A stretch of DNA of 64,000 bases, from NCBI GenBank assembly GCA_038727135.1, contig JAVYWL010000001.1, forward strand, positions 672,001-736,000, in the 5' to 3' direction. Below the pieces are notes generated by a model that saw only the letters and a list, made by a program, of their open reading frames with translations, was not told the origin of the DNA and made no database searches. The position numbers and the translations under genes are program-made. The stretch's first letter is position 1. The number at the start of each line of letters is the position of its first letter. The stretch is from Candidatus Bathyarchaeia archaeon (GTDB lineage: Archaea; Thermoproteota; Bathyarchaeia; Bathyarchaeales; Bathycorpusculaceae). Of the stretch, positions 9,992 to 20,134 are shown piece after piece.

Positions 9992-11281
9992 ATGAGGGTT
10001 ATAGCCGACCTCCACATCCATGGGCGGTACAGCCGTGCCACAAGCCAGAAAATGAGCATCGAGGAAATTGCCCATTTCGCAAAAATTAAAGGCTTAAATC
10101 TCGTCGGCACCGGAGATTTCACTCATCCCAAATGGCTTAAGGAACTACAAGAAACATTAGTAGAAGAGGCTGGAACTGGATTATACAAGGTTGCCAAGAA
10201 CCCTGACTTTCCAGTTTATTTTATGGTAACTACAGAAGTCAGCACAATATTCACTTTCGAAGATGACGTGAAAAAGATTCATCATGTTATACTAACGCCG
10301 AGTATAGAAACTGCAGTTCAAATAAACGAGCGCCTCGCCAAATATGGCGACTTATCGGTTGATGGGAGACCAACCCTTGACATGTCTGCTCCCCAACTTG
10401 TAGAGGAGGTTATGGAAGTTTCGAAGGATAACATGGTTTTTCCAGCCCACGCTTGGACACCTTGGTTCAGCATATTTGGAGCCTTCAGCGGCTTCAATAG
10501 CGTTGAGGAGTGCTACCAGGACATGGCAAAACATATTTACGCTCTCGAAACTGGCTTGTCATCAGACCCGCCCATGAACTGGCGCCTGAGCAAACTCGAC
10601 AAGTTCACATTAGTTTCGAACAGCGACAGCCACAGCTTCTGGCCGTGGCGCATGGGGAGAGAGGCCAATGTTTTTGAGTTGAAAAGCCCAAGTTACTGGG
10701 AAGTTGTAGAAGCCATAAAAAACAAGGACAAGGCGAGGTTTAAATTCACGGTTGAAACTGATCCCGCCTATGGAAAGTATCATTGGACTGGACACAGAAA
10801 CTGCAACATCTCACTTTCACCAAAAGAAGCCATTAAACTTAGTAATATTTGTCCCGTCTGCCGCAAAAAACTAACTAAAGGCGTTGAACAAAGAGTTGAG
10901 GAACTCGCGGATCGCCCAGCCGGCTTTAAGCCTGAAAATGCCATAGGATATTTGCATCTGCTGCCTCTTTCCGAAATTATTGCGACTGTTTTAAACGTTG
11001 ATTCACCATCAACACAGCAGGTTTGGAGCATCTACAATAGGCTGGTGGAAAAGTTCGGGGATGAATATTCCGTACTTATCGACGCGCCGAGAGAAGCTTT
11101 AGAATCGGTTGTGGATGGAAAGATTGCCGAGGCCATAATTAGAGTTAGAGAAGACAGAATCAAGGTTGTGCCTGGATACGACGGAGTTTATGGTCGTCCG
11201 ATAATTTTTGGGGATGAGGCTTCAGCCGCGAAGAGCGTTTCGGAAAAAGTTCAACAGTTGAATCTTACAGATTTCATGTAA
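9992..11281 (+). CDS. endoQ: Endonuclease Q (PHP domain plus Zn finger)
   Basis: DLHIHGRYSRATS, GTGDFTHP, HAWTPW, ETGLSSD, SNSDSHS, GKYH, CPVC, PGYDGVYG; C-terminal PIP-like QLNLTDF. Confidence 0.92.
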   Translation: MRVIADLHIHGRYSRATSQKMSIEEIAHFAKIKGLNLVGTGDFTHPKWLKELQETLVEEAGTGLYKVAKNPDFPVYFMVTTEVSTIFTFEDDVKKIHHVILTPSIETAVQINERLAKYGDLSVDGRPTLDMSAPQLVEEVMEVSKDNMVFPAHAWTPWFSIFGAFSGFNSVEECYQDMAKHIYALETGLSSDPPMNWRLSKLDKFTLVSNSDSHSFWPWRMGREANVFELKSPSYWEVVEAIKNKDKARFKFTVETDPAYGKYHWTGHRNCNISLSPKEAIKLSNICPVCRKKLTKGVEQRVEELADRPAGFKPENAIGYLHLLPLSEIIATVLNVDSPSTQQVWSIYNRLVEKFGDEYSVLIDAPREALESVVDGKIAEAIIRVREDRIKVVPGYDGVYGRPIIFGDEASAAKSVSEKVQQLNLTDFM

Positions 11282-11366
11282 TAGTGTCTTCTGTACGTTT
11301 TTGTTGTGTATGTGTGTTGGACGTGTACACGGCAAAGCTTATTAAGTCGCAATACACACGATACTT

Positions 11367-11717
11367 TTGATTTCCATGAACATCGCAACAACAAATCAGC
11401 AAACGCGCAGAGAAAATGAGAAAGTCTGCAAAATAATTGACCGTGTCATGAGGCAGGTTTTTGGAGACGAGGCTACCCGCCTAATTTATCGTTATTTGGA
11501 GAGCAATTACTCTGTTCGGCGGGATGAAATTGCAGATAAAATTGATTTGTTTGCGAAGGGACTTGAAGATTTTTTGAAGTCTGGGGCTTATGTCATTGAG
11601 CGGAAAATTTTGGAGGACATATACTCAAGTTATGGTTTGCTCCGAAGAATCGAGTTGGAGAAGCTTCGAGAAAGCGACTTTGCCAGTCAAGTGAAGCTTC
11701 TTATGCGGAAAGCGTAA
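11367..11717 (+). CDS. Small hypothetical protein, DUF3227/NitrOD5-like
   Basis: VFGDEATRLIYRYLE..EI..F.KGLE.FL..GA.VIE..IL pattern; own TATA (CTTATTAA near 11338). Confidence 0.6.
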   Translation: MISMNIATTNQQTRRENEKVCKIIDRVMRQVFGDEATRLIYRYLESNYSVRRDEIADKIDLFAKGLEDFLKSGAYVIERKILEDIYSSYGLLRRIELEKLRESDFASQVKLLMRKA

Positions 11718-11802
11718 GATTTCCATTTTCAACATTCTGGGCAATTTTTATTAACACCATTTTCGTGATTACATCCCTCTAAAGGCTATACTAGGAAGGG
11801 GG

Positions 11803-13191
11803 ATGTTGAAAGACACCTTAGTCGAGGTTGTTAATACTGCTGTCAACAAGTTTGGCGCCGAACATGTGGAGGTGCGCGCGCAGAAACTTTTCAAGACCAT
11901 GCTTACCATTAAAGAGGAGAAAGTTGAAGCGGCGAAAGAGGGCATTGAGAATGGTGCCGCTATAAGAGTACTTGTCAACGGCGCGTGGGGTTTCGCCTCT
12001 TCATGCTCACTTGACACAAAAACTTTGGTTAGTGCCGCCTCAGAGGCTTGCAGGATGGCGAAAGTTGCCGGTCAAAAACTTAAGAATCCAATAAAACTTG
12101 CTGAAAACAAAGCCTTTGAGGATGATGTTTCTGCTAAGCCCAAAAGAGACCCTTCAAAAATCTCTATAGAAGATAAAATAAAAATAACTTCTACTATTGC
12201 AGAAACGGTTTTGGGATATGACCAGCGCGTTAAAAGTTGCACAATAGACTATTTGGACTTGGTTGGAACAAGCTATTTCCTGAATAGTGAAGGCTCGTAT
12301 ATCAAACAGGATAAACTCTATGTTTGGTCAAGAATTCTTGTTACCGCAAGAGAAGGAGATGTTTTCACGTTTAGTCGTGAAGAGGTGGGCTCAACCAGCG
12401 GCTTTGAAGTCTTTGATGTTGAAACCCCAGAGATTATAGGCGAAAGAGTGGTGAAAAGGGCTGTTGAACAATTAAAGGCCAAGCCTCCAAAGGGCGGAAC
12501 TTTCCCCGTGGTTTTGGGTCCAAACGTTGTTGGAGTTTTTATTCATGAGGCTTTTGGTCATTTGGCTGAAGCAGATTTAACTTTGTCGGGTTCTGTTCTC
12601 ATGAATAAGCTTGGCAAGAAGGTGGCTTCCGATGTTGCCACCATTTATGATGATGGAACAATCGAAGGAGCTTTCGGCTCTTTCAAATACGATGACGAGG
12701 GCGTCCCATCCCAAAAAACGCTATTGGTCAAGGATGGCGTGGTTGTTGGACTTATGCATAACCGTGAAACAGCACAGAAATTTAATGCCAAACCAACCGG
12801 CAATGCGAGGGCCGAAGACTTCCGTGTAGAACCAATAATAAGGATGCGAAACACTTTCCTCGCGCCAAAAGACCATTCTTTTGAAGAGCTTATTGAAAGC
12901 ATAAAATTCGGATATTACTTCAAAAGCTTCAGAGGAGGGCAAGCAAACTTGGACGGCACGTTCCAGGTTGGGATTCAAGAGGGCTATGAAATAGTTAAGG
13001 GTGAAATTGGCGAACCGGTGCGAAATGCATCAATAAGTGGCAATACGCTTGAAACATTGCATAAAGTGGATGCTGTTGGGAAAGACTTTGAACTCTGGCC
13101 TGGAAGGTGCGGAAAGGGCCAAACGGCGTTCGTTTGTGATGGTGGCCCCCATATAAGGGTTAAAGAGGTGCTTGTTGGTGGCAGCGCTTAA
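11803..13191 (+). CDS. tldD: TldD family metalloprotease
   Basis: HEAFGH zinc motif, DDEG, TGNARA, RMRNT, GRCGKGQ. Confidence 0.93.
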   Translation: MLKDTLVEVVNTAVNKFGAEHVEVRAQKLFKTMLTIKEEKVEAAKEGIENGAAIRVLVNGAWGFASSCSLDTKTLVSAASEACRMAKVAGQKLKNPIKLAENKAFEDDVSAKPKRDPSKISIEDKIKITSTIAETVLGYDQRVKSCTIDYLDLVGTSYFLNSEGSYIKQDKLYVWSRILVTAREGDVFTFSREEVGSTSGFEVFDVETPEIIGERVVKRAVEQLKAKPPKGGTFPVVLGPNVVGVFIHEAFGHLAEADLTLSGSVLMNKLGKKVASDVATIYDDGTIEGAFGSFKYDDEGVPSQKTLLVKDGVVVGLMHNRETAQKFNAKPTGNARAEDFRVEPIIRMRNTFLAPKDHSFEELIESIKFGYYFKSFRGGQANLDGTFQVGIQEGYEIVKGEIGEPVRNASISGNTLETLHKVDAVGKDFELWPGRCGKGQTAFVCDGGPHIRVKEVLVGGSA

Positions 13192-14542
13192 GGAAGAGGA
13201 AACTGTCAGCTTGGCTGAGGCTGCTGTGAAATTCGCGCTTAAAAACGGAGCTGACGAGGCTGAAGCCTTCGCATACCAAGGCTTCACAACGGCGGTGGCC
13301 ATTGAAAGGGGACAAATTACAAAAAGTTCAAAGATTATTGACCAAGGAATCGGGGTTAGAACAGTTGTTGATAAGGCGGTTGGCTTTTCATACACAAATA
13401 TTGTTGGAAGCAAAGAGGCAATTGAGGAGGTAGTTTTGAAATCTTTGAAATCTGCAAGGGCTAGTAAGCCGGACAAGGATTGGCAAGGCTTCCCGCATAA
13501 GAAAACCTACGCCCATGTAAGGGGCACGTTTGACAGTGCCATTTGCGAATTATCCCCGGAAGATTTAGTCAAACTTTCTTCTCTAATGTTGGAGGCTGCT
13601 GAAAAGACTGATGAGCGTGTTTTTCCAATAGAGGGAGGTATTGGAGCTTCTTACCTTTCACGTGCTGTTGTAAACTCAAACGGTGTGGTGGGCTTAGATT
13701 ACGGCACAGTTATCGAATGTAGTTTGGCAACAATAGCTCATGAGGGTGGCGAAGTAACACCCGTGTGTTTCGAGTTTAACGCCGAAAGAATTTTCAAAAT
13801 AGACCCCGAATGGGTGGGCAGAGAGGCTGCGCGTCTGGCAGCTTTGGCGTTAAGAGCCAAACGAGTGGAAACAAAAAACATGGACGTTATTTTCGCCCAT
13901 TTTGCCTTGCAGCAGCTTCTCCATTACACTTTGATGGACGCTGTTAAGGCGGATTATGTGCAGCGAAACCAGTCAGCTCTTAAAGGCAAGATTGGTCAAA
14001 AAGTCACCTCCGAAGTTGTGACAGTATATGATGACGGCTTGCTTGAAGGTGGGCTCCGGACGTGGAGGTTTGATGGTGAAGGAGTTCCACAACAGAAAAC
14101 CCTCATAATCGAGAATGGCGTTCTGTGCAATTTTATTTATGACAATTACACTGCTAAAAAGGAGGGGAGGGAAAGTACTGGGAACGCTTTTAGGGCTGGC
14201 TATTTGTCAACGCCGAATGTTGAAGCAACAAATTTCCACTTTGAAGCTGGTGAAAAATCCCCAGAGGAGCTGATAGGCGAAGTTGACGAGGGGCTTCTCG
14301 TATACTCATTACAAGGAGCGCATAGCAGTAATCCGGCAAGCGGGGAGTTCTCTGTTGTGGCAACTCCAGCATGGAAGATTGAGAGAGGCAGAATAGTTCA
14401 CCCAGTTAAGGGCGCCATGCTGGCTGGCAACGTTTTCGATGCCCTAAAGAACGTTTCGGATTTGGCAAATAATGAAAGAAAGATAGGCTCGCTTGTTGCG
14501 CCTTGGGTTCTTGTGGAAAACGTTAAAGTTATCGGAAAGTAA
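13172..14542 (+). CDS. pmbA: PmbA/TldE family protein
   Basis: GADEAE, FDGEG, STGNA, SGEFS; lacks HExxxH; overlaps tldD end. Confidence 0.92.
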   Translation: MLVAALKEEETVSLAEAAVKFALKNGADEAEAFAYQGFTTAVAIERGQITKSSKIIDQGIGVRTVVDKAVGFSYTNIVGSKEAIEEVVLKSLKSARASKPDKDWQGFPHKKTYAHVRGTFDSAICELSPEDLVKLSSLMLEAAEKTDERVFPIEGGIGASYLSRAVVNSNGVVGLDYGTVIECSLATIAHEGGEVTPVCFEFNAERIFKIDPEWVGREAARLAALALRAKRVETKNMDVIFAHFALQQLLHYTLMDAVKADYVQRNQSALKGKIGQKVTSEVVTVYDDGLLEGGLRTWRFDGEGVPQQKTLIIENGVLCNFIYDNYTAKKEGRESTGNAFRAGYLSTPNVEATNFHFEAGEKSPEELIGEVDEGLLVYSLQGAHSSNPASGEFSVVATPAWKIERGRIVHPVKGAMLAGNVFDALKNVSDLANNERKIGSLVAPWVLVENVKVIGK

Positions 14543-14573
14543 ATAACCTAAACCTTAAACTATCTCATTCAAA

Positions 14574-15524
14574 ATGGGGGCTGAAATGTTGAAGACAAGC
14601 ATTCGACAACGCTTATTCAAATTTAATACGTTTCGCAGAGCTGTTCAGTTTATATCCTTCCTGCTTTTCAGTGCAATGGTCTTTAATTTAGGCTCGCTGC
14701 CCATAGTGCTCCCGGTCATGTGGACTTGGGGTTACCAGCCGAACACCGTTGGGGATGCTTTAACGACACTGCAGTTAATGTTCAGCGGATGGCAGTCACC
14801 TGTTGTTTTTCCATGGCTTGCAGTAGCATCCTTCCTATTAGTAGGCGTTCTAATTGGCAAATCCCTCTGCGGTTGGGTTTGCCCCTTTGGCTTTATTCAA
14901 GACTTAGTTGGCTTTGTTAAAGTGAAGAAAACAGAGGTTTCTCTAAAAACTCATAGGAACATGGCGCTAGTGAAGTATTTTATTTTAGGCATTGTGCTTT
15001 TTATTAGCTTAACCTTTTCAGCGGCTAAAGTTACAGGAGCCTATAAAGACTATGAAAGGGCGTTAGGCATATTCGCCTATGCCCCATTCACTGCCATAAG
15101 CCCAGCTGAAACCTTGTTTTCCACGCTGCCAAGAGGCATTCAAAGCTTTTCAATTGAGATTATGAAGAAGCCGGTAGTAGATGTTTTATCTGGGATTTTG
15201 GATTTGCCTCCTCTTTTCTGGGTTCAATTGTTTATCCTTATAGGTGTTATTGTTTTGGCAGCCTATGTTCCGCGAGGATGGTGTAGGTATTTATGTCCCC
15301 ATGGCGCGATAATGGCTTTTCTAAACAGGTTCAGCTTTCTCGGTTTGCGGAGGGACCCTGTAAGGTGTGTTAAAGGCGAATGTAGAGAATGTGTTAAGGC
15401 TTGTCCCATGATGGTTCCAATTTTAGAACTGCCATGGGAAAAGTTCAGCCATCCAGAATGTATTTATTGCATGAAGTGCTCTGATGCATGTCCACATAAG
15501 GCGATCAGGCTTAAGTACCCATAA
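14574..15524 (+). CDS. Membrane polyferredoxin, NapH/MauN-like 4Fe-4S binding protein
   Basis: CGWVCPFG, CRYLCPHG, two ferredoxin-type Cys clusters, several TM helices. Confidence 0.85.
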   Translation: MGAEMLKTSIRQRLFKFNTFRRAVQFISFLLFSAMVFNLGSLPIVLPVMWTWGYQPNTVGDALTTLQLMFSGWQSPVVFPWLAVASFLLVGVLIGKSLCGWVCPFGFIQDLVGFVKVKKTEVSLKTHRNMALVKYFILGIVLFISLTFSAAKVTGAYKDYERALGIFAYAPFTAISPAETLFSTLPRGIQSFSIEIMKKPVVDVLSGILDLPPLFWVQLFILIGVIVLAAYVPRGWCRYLCPHGAIMAFLNRFSFLGLRRDPVRCVKGECRECVKACPMMVPILELPWEKFSHPECIYCMKCSDACPHKAIRLKYP

Positions 15525-15530
15525 TTACTG

Positions 15531-16736
15531 CTAAGCCCAAAAAGTCTTCGAGTACTCGTTTAAAACACTCTCATACACTTTTCTCGTTTGCTGGCTTATC
15601 TTCTTCCAGTTATAATTTTCAACAACCTTTCGGTAAGCGTTTTCCCTCAACCTATTCGCCAAATTTTCGTCAAGCAAAACTCTCGTGATTCCCCACGCCA
15701 GCGAGTCCGGGTTATTAGGATAAACCTTAACGCCAGTCACTTCATGCTCAACTATTTCTGACAAGCCTCCAGTGTCTGAAACCACAACTGGGCTTTTAGC
15801 CGCCATTGCCTCAAGCGCCACAATTCCAAAGGGTTCAAAAAGGGATGGGACAACTGAAACGTCGGCACATTTTTGAAGATTCCGCAATGTTCTATCATCT
15901 ACAAAGCCTGTAAACATGACTTTATGCGCTAATCCCGTGCTTCTAATGTATTCTGATAAGGATTGTTGCATGTACCCGTTTCCAACGATGACAATTTTTG
16001 CATTCACCTTTTCCAAAACCTTTGGCACTGCGTTGATGAGGACATGTATGCCCTTCTCATAGACAAGTCGCCCAACAAACAATACAATTTTCTCTTCTGG
16101 CAAGGCGAACCGTCGCCTAAACTGGTTTAGATCAACATCGCCGCTTTTTTCATATTCCTTTGCGTCTACGCCATTTGGAATCATTATCAGTTTGTCTTGT
16201 GGGAGTCCGAAAACCCATTTTACATGGGAAACCATATAATTGCTGCAGCATATGACCCTCCAAGCCTCATAGGTAAGCCAAGCCTCTGTTTCATGAATCA
16301 TCCTCTCATAGTCGGAGTGAATGCTGTTCCGCCTTCCATATTCCGTTGAGTGAATCGTAGCCAGAAGAGGTCTCCTAAAAACATGTTTTAAGCCTATCCC
16401 GGCGTTTGCCACAAGCCAGTCGTGGGCGTGGAAAATGTCAACTCCGCCTAACTCCCTAACAATGGAGGCTGCCTCCTTCTGCATATTCATATTCATCAAA
16501 TAAACCCAACTTGCAAAATCCGGTGAGGGGCTCTTGTAAGAATCAATTCTATAGACTTCAACTCCATCCAGTGTCTCATGTTGAGGGGCTCCCGGGAAAT
16601 CGCATGTAACGATGTAGACTTTTACGCCATTTTTTGCAAGGCTTCTTGACAAGTAGTATACGTGGGGTGAGATTCCACCGATAATTCTTGGCGGGAACTC
16701 CCATGTAAGCATCATAACCCTTAATTCGTCAAGCAT
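15531..16736 (-). CDS. GT4 glycosyltransferase (glycogen synthase-like)
   Basis: WEFPPRIIGG, HAHDW, HSTE, PSLFEPFGIVALEAMA. Confidence 0.92.
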   Translation of the reverse strand: MLDELRVMMLTWEFPPRIIGGISPHVYYLSRSLAKNGVKVYIVTCDFPGAPQHETLDGVEVYRIDSYKSPSPDFASWVYLMNMNMQKEAASIVRELGGVDIFHAHDWLVANAGIGLKHVFRRPLLATIHSTEYGRRNSIHSDYERMIHETEAWLTYEAWRVICCSNYMVSHVKWVFGLPQDKLIMIPNGVDAKEYEKSGDVDLNQFRRRFALPEEKIVLFVGRLVYEKGIHVLINAVPKVLEKVNAKIVIVGNGYMQQSLSEYIRSTGLAHKVMFTGFVDDRTLRNLQKCADVSVVPSLFEPFGIVALEAMAAKSPVVVSDTGGLSEIVEHEVTGVKVYPNNPDSLAWGITRVLLDENLANRLRENAYRKVVENYNWKKISQQTRKVYESVLNEYSKTFWA

Positions 16737-17352
16737 TTTTGTAGCCCTCCTTAAGGCTTTTGTAGGCTTCTAAAATTGTTTTAAGCCAGCGCTCAGAGCC
16801 GGGCTTAACAACTTTTATTTTTGCTTCTGGCACCTTGTAGATTCTGATGGCTTCGCTTGCCATCCATTCGGATTTCACAATAACCATGCTCGCCTCATAC
16901 ATGCCCAGCCACTCAATGCTCTTAATAGCCATATTAAACGGCGAGTTCGAACTGTGAGAGCGGTGGTCCTCTAAACTCTCAACAGAATACACAAAGGGAA
17001 CGTTAAATGCCTTTTTTAAGGTGACCGCCGCTGGAATAAAATGCCAGTCTTGCACGTCTATGAGGTCTACGTGTCCACCAGCCTTGTAATAAATGTTGGC
17101 AGCGACTCGCTCCACCTCTTGGTTTAAGGTCAAAACCCATGTGAGGACGCTTATGTGGGTTTTAACGGGGTTTGTCACCCTACAAGTTTTGACGCCATTT
17201 TCTTCAAGTTCCCCGGTCATATAATCATGATAGGTGACCACATATGTTTCAACCTTGTTTTTGGCGAGTTGCACCGCCAACTCCTTCACATAATCGGCAA
17301 GTTTTCCAACAACTCTTGGCGGGTACTCCCATGAGAAAATTATTACTCGCAT
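16729..17352 (-). CDS. GT4 N-terminal-domain-only protein
   Basis: WEYPPRVVG and DVQDW match the neighbour's N-domain; no nucleotide-sugar-binding C-domain. Confidence 0.75.
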   Translation of the reverse strand: MRVIIFSWEYPPRVVGKLADYVKELAVQLAKNKVETYVVTYHDYMTGELEENGVKTCRVTNPVKTHISVLTWVLTLNQEVERVAANIYYKAGGHVDLIDVQDWHFIPAAVTLKKAFNVPFVYSVESLEDHRSHSSNSPFNMAIKSIEWLGMYEASMVIVKSEWMASEAIRIYKVPEAKIKVVKPGSERWLKTILEAYKSLKEGYKNA

Positions 17353-17365
17353 TTGCTACCGCCGG

Positions 17366-17620
17366 TTAAGTGAAAAGTGCACAGACCTTGATTATTCCTC
17401 TTCCAGTAAGATAGTACCATTTTTTCCCTTGGCTGTCGGCGAAGCTCTCCACATAACCCTCACATCCATAACTGTCTAGGATTCTTTCAACTTCTGTTAT
17501 ATCCAGCTGTAAGACTTGGGCAAGTTCCTCGCTTTTCCTCGCTAAATCTGGGGCTGTAGCGCATAGGTTATGGAGCGTTTGCAGAATTTTTTCAGAAATT
17601 GGAAGTTCCTCCCTCAACAT
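17366..17620 (-). CDS. Small winged-helix protein
   Basis: HTH-like ELAQVLQL..EVERIL followed by wing WYYLTGRG. Confidence 0.65.
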   Translation of the reverse strand: MLREELPISEKILQTLHNLCATAPDLARKSEELAQVLQLDITEVERILDSYGCEGYVESFADSQGKKWYYLTGRGIIKVCALFT

Positions 17621-17677
17621 TTCTCACCTTTAAGCCAAAACATGCCTAATGCGTTTCCTATTAAGGCTTGCATATGC

Positions 17678-19225
17678 TTAAAAGTATTCTGTCAAAGCTC
17701 TTAGTTGTCGTGACGAATCATCAAATCTTTCCTTTGCAGCCAAAATCAAGGCTTTTCGTAAAGCTTGCCCCTTAAGCTTTGAAAGCCTAATTTCCATGAG
17801 TTTTTCAGCCAAAACTTTGTCGTGAAGTGAATGTTCAGCCCACCTTTCAAAGTCGCCGCGGCTGTTGTGGAACTCTATGGACTTTATTTCTGCTTTCTGT
17901 AGGGCTTTTATGAACCCTTTAAGGCTCCAGGCCATCACTCCAGTAAAATTTTCCTCTCCCACGCCCTTATAGAAAAGGAATGGCTCGTTGGCCGTTATTG
18001 TCGCCAGACGGAGGCGGTTCTCAAAGTCAAGAACTGCCGCTTGAGCCGTTACGTAAGCGTCTGCTGGAGTGTTGAAAGGACTGAAGTAAGAATGGACTTC
18101 GCCTGGGGCTCCGCCGGCTGTGAACATGTAGTAGAGGTGGTCGCTTGTTTGAAAGTAGCGCCATATCCTTAGAAAATCTTTGTCTTCTGACTCCTTGACG
18201 AGGGGTTCGAGCCTTCTAACGGACGTGTAGTAAGCCCATTGGAAGGTGTTTCCAAGCCAGCAGCTTGCATCCCTTTCCAAATCAGCCCATGAAACTGTTC
18301 CGCCAAGCTCTGGCACGTCAATTTCCCCGACAGCCTCATATTTTTCAATGACCTCTGATGGTGTTGCCATGCGAAGGTGCCACCACTTCAAAATCTCCCT
18401 TGGCATATGCCTCAAAAACTCGTGGATGCCGGTTTCTGGCCAGTGGTGTTCGCCGAAGGTTTCATAGTCTGGAAATATGTTTATACAGTTTCCAGGTGTG
18501 GCTGCCAACCAGCTTGCGTATTTGTCGGCTGTTAGGGGCCACTCGCTCCACCATCTTGCTGAAAACCTAAAGCCTATGTCGTCTGTTAGTTTATAGTTTC
18601 TGAGGAGCACCTTGATTTTCTTGCACCCTTTTGGCTTGTAAAGATAGTTAGGTGACTTTTCATGGAGAATCTTTTCTGTCCCCTCCGTGAATATTCCAGC
18701 AAAGCCCAATTCTTCAGCTGTTTTTGCTATGGCATTGTTGTAGATTAATTCCGTGTTTTCGAAGACTCGTGGCGTGTAGCCCAGCAAGTCTCTTATTGCT
18801 TGCCTATGCATTTTTATTTGTTCAATAAATTCTTCTTTTTCCGGGTAGAGACTCGCCAGCGAATGGTGATATGTCTGATTCAGAAATTCCACACAACCTG
18901 TTTCTGCAAGTTGTTTGAAAGACTCTAAAAGGTCTTTGTTAAACATTTCGCATTGTTCGAGGAAGGTCCCGGAAATGCTGAAGGAAACTTTTACTTGTTT
19001 TTTCTCCCGCTTATGCTTGTCTATTAGGTCTAATAGTATTTGGTTTGATGGAAAGTAGCATTTTTTGCATGCGCGTTCAAAGATTTCTCTGTCAAGTTCA
19101 TTGTTGAAATAGTAGTTGAATAGTTCAGCCTTTTTTAGGCGTTTAAAGAGCTTGTTTTCCCAGAAATAATTCTTCCTTAGTCTGTGGGGCTGGTGCACTT
19201 CGAAGACGAAAACTATGTCCGTCAA
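17678..19225 (-). CDS. GH57 alpha-amylase/amylopullulanase with C-terminal DUF5752-like domain
   Basis: FEVHQP, ENTELIY, DYETFGEH, SWADLERD, TSDH; tail PFLF..SL..F..SIEFH..RGDFERW. Confidence 0.9.
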   Translation of the reverse strand: MTDIVFVFEVHQPHRLRKNYFWENKLFKRLKKAELFNYYFNNELDREIFERACKKCYFPSNQILLDLIDKHKREKKQVKVSFSISGTFLEQCEMFNKDLLESFKQLAETGCVEFLNQTYHHSLASLYPEKEEFIEQIKMHRQAIRDLLGYTPRVFENTELIYNNAIAKTAEELGFAGIFTEGTEKILHEKSPNYLYKPKGCKKIKVLLRNYKLTDDIGFRFSARWWSEWPLTADKYASWLAATPGNCINIFPDYETFGEHHWPETGIHEFLRHMPREILKWWHLRMATPSEVIEKYEAVGEIDVPELGGTVSWADLERDASCWLGNTFQWAYYTSVRRLEPLVKESEDKDFLRIWRYFQTSDHLYYMFTAGGAPGEVHSYFSPFNTPADAYVTAQAAVLDFENRLRLATITANEPFLFYKGVGEENFTGVMAWSLKGFIKALQKAEIKSIEFHNSRGDFERWAEHSLHDKVLAEKLMEIRLSKLKGQALRKALILAAKERFDDSSRQLRALTEYF

Positions 19226-19368
19226 CCTTTTAGCCTCTTTTCTTGTTTGTTATTGTTTTGCTTATGCCTTATTTCTGGTTTGCTAAGTTTAGATTGGATT
19301 CGGATTTTGAATTCATAACTTATTTATCCCTTACAAGGTTTCATTCTCTAAAACAAAGGTGAAATAGT

Positions 19369-20073
19369 GTGTCGATTGAAAAAATTAGCATTGAGAGTCG
19401 CCAAGAATTGGAGCAGATGATAATCAATGGAATAAACCTTGTTGAGAAGGGCTTAACCGTGATTTGCAGCAACGTTCCTATAAATGATAAAACCACTTTG
19501 GATATCTTGTGCCATGACAGCAATGGGCAGCTTGTTATTCTTCAGTTGAACGTTGAGGAAGATGACGCCATGCTTCTTCAAGGGCTTCAAAGCTTTGACT
19601 ACGTTGACAAGTTCAAATCTTTCCTGAAGGCTACATATAACAAGCATAAAATTGACGATAAGGAAAAGCCGAGGCTCATACTGATTGCGCCGAGTTTTTC
19701 AGACGCTGTTAGAAGGGCTGTTGAAAGCATGAAGGGCATACGCATAGATCTCTACGAATGGGAGTACCTAAAACTTGGAGATCATAAGGGTCTCCGCCTT
19801 CAACCCATTTTTACGTGGAAACCCGTAGAAAAGCCGAGAGAAGAGAAGCCTTCGGAGAAAAAGCGTGAACCGAAACCGATGAAGAAGAAGGAGCCAGAGG
19901 AGCAGCCGCCACAGCCGCAAGTACCGGAGAAGAAAGAGGAGCCAAAACCTGAACCTAAGCCTGAGCTTCCCAAACCCGAGCCCGTAAAGGAGATGTCGCC
20001 ACCGCCGCCTCCGAAGATGCCAGAAAAGCCAAAGGAAGAAGAGCCGCCAAAAAGAAAGCTGAAGCTCTTCTAA
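19369..20073 (+). CDS. NucS/DUF91-like PD-(D/E)XK-fold protein, probably inactive, with Pro/Glu/Lys-rich tail
   Basis: LDILCHD..GQLVILQLN (ExK replaced by QxN), PRLILIAPSFS, about 80 aa low-complexity tail. Confidence 0.65.
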   Translation: MSIEKISIESRQELEQMIINGINLVEKGLTVICSNVPINDKTTLDILCHDSNGQLVILQLNVEEDDAMLLQGLQSFDYVDKFKSFLKATYNKHKIDDKEKPRLILIAPSFSDAVRRAVESMKGIRIDLYEWEYLKLGDHKGLRLQPIFTWKPVEKPREEKPSEKKREPKPMKKKEPEEQPPQPQVPEKKEEPKPEPKPELPKPEPVKEMSPPPPPKMPEKPKEEEPPKRKLKLF

Positions 20074-20134
20074 AGCCGCCACTTATTCTTTGTCGTTTGG
20101 AAGTTGTAGGTTAAATGCTGTTGGATGGTTTTAG

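Noticed and set aside
11367-15524. TldD/PmbA with neighbours as a RiPP-like cluster
   Set aside because: No precursor peptide, YcaO or radical SAM gene; tldD-pmbA pairs are routine in archaea.
19820-20060. Repetitive GAGCC/AAGCC tract as a possible repeat array
   Set aside because: Encodes the Pro/Glu/Lys-rich tail; no regular period or spacers.
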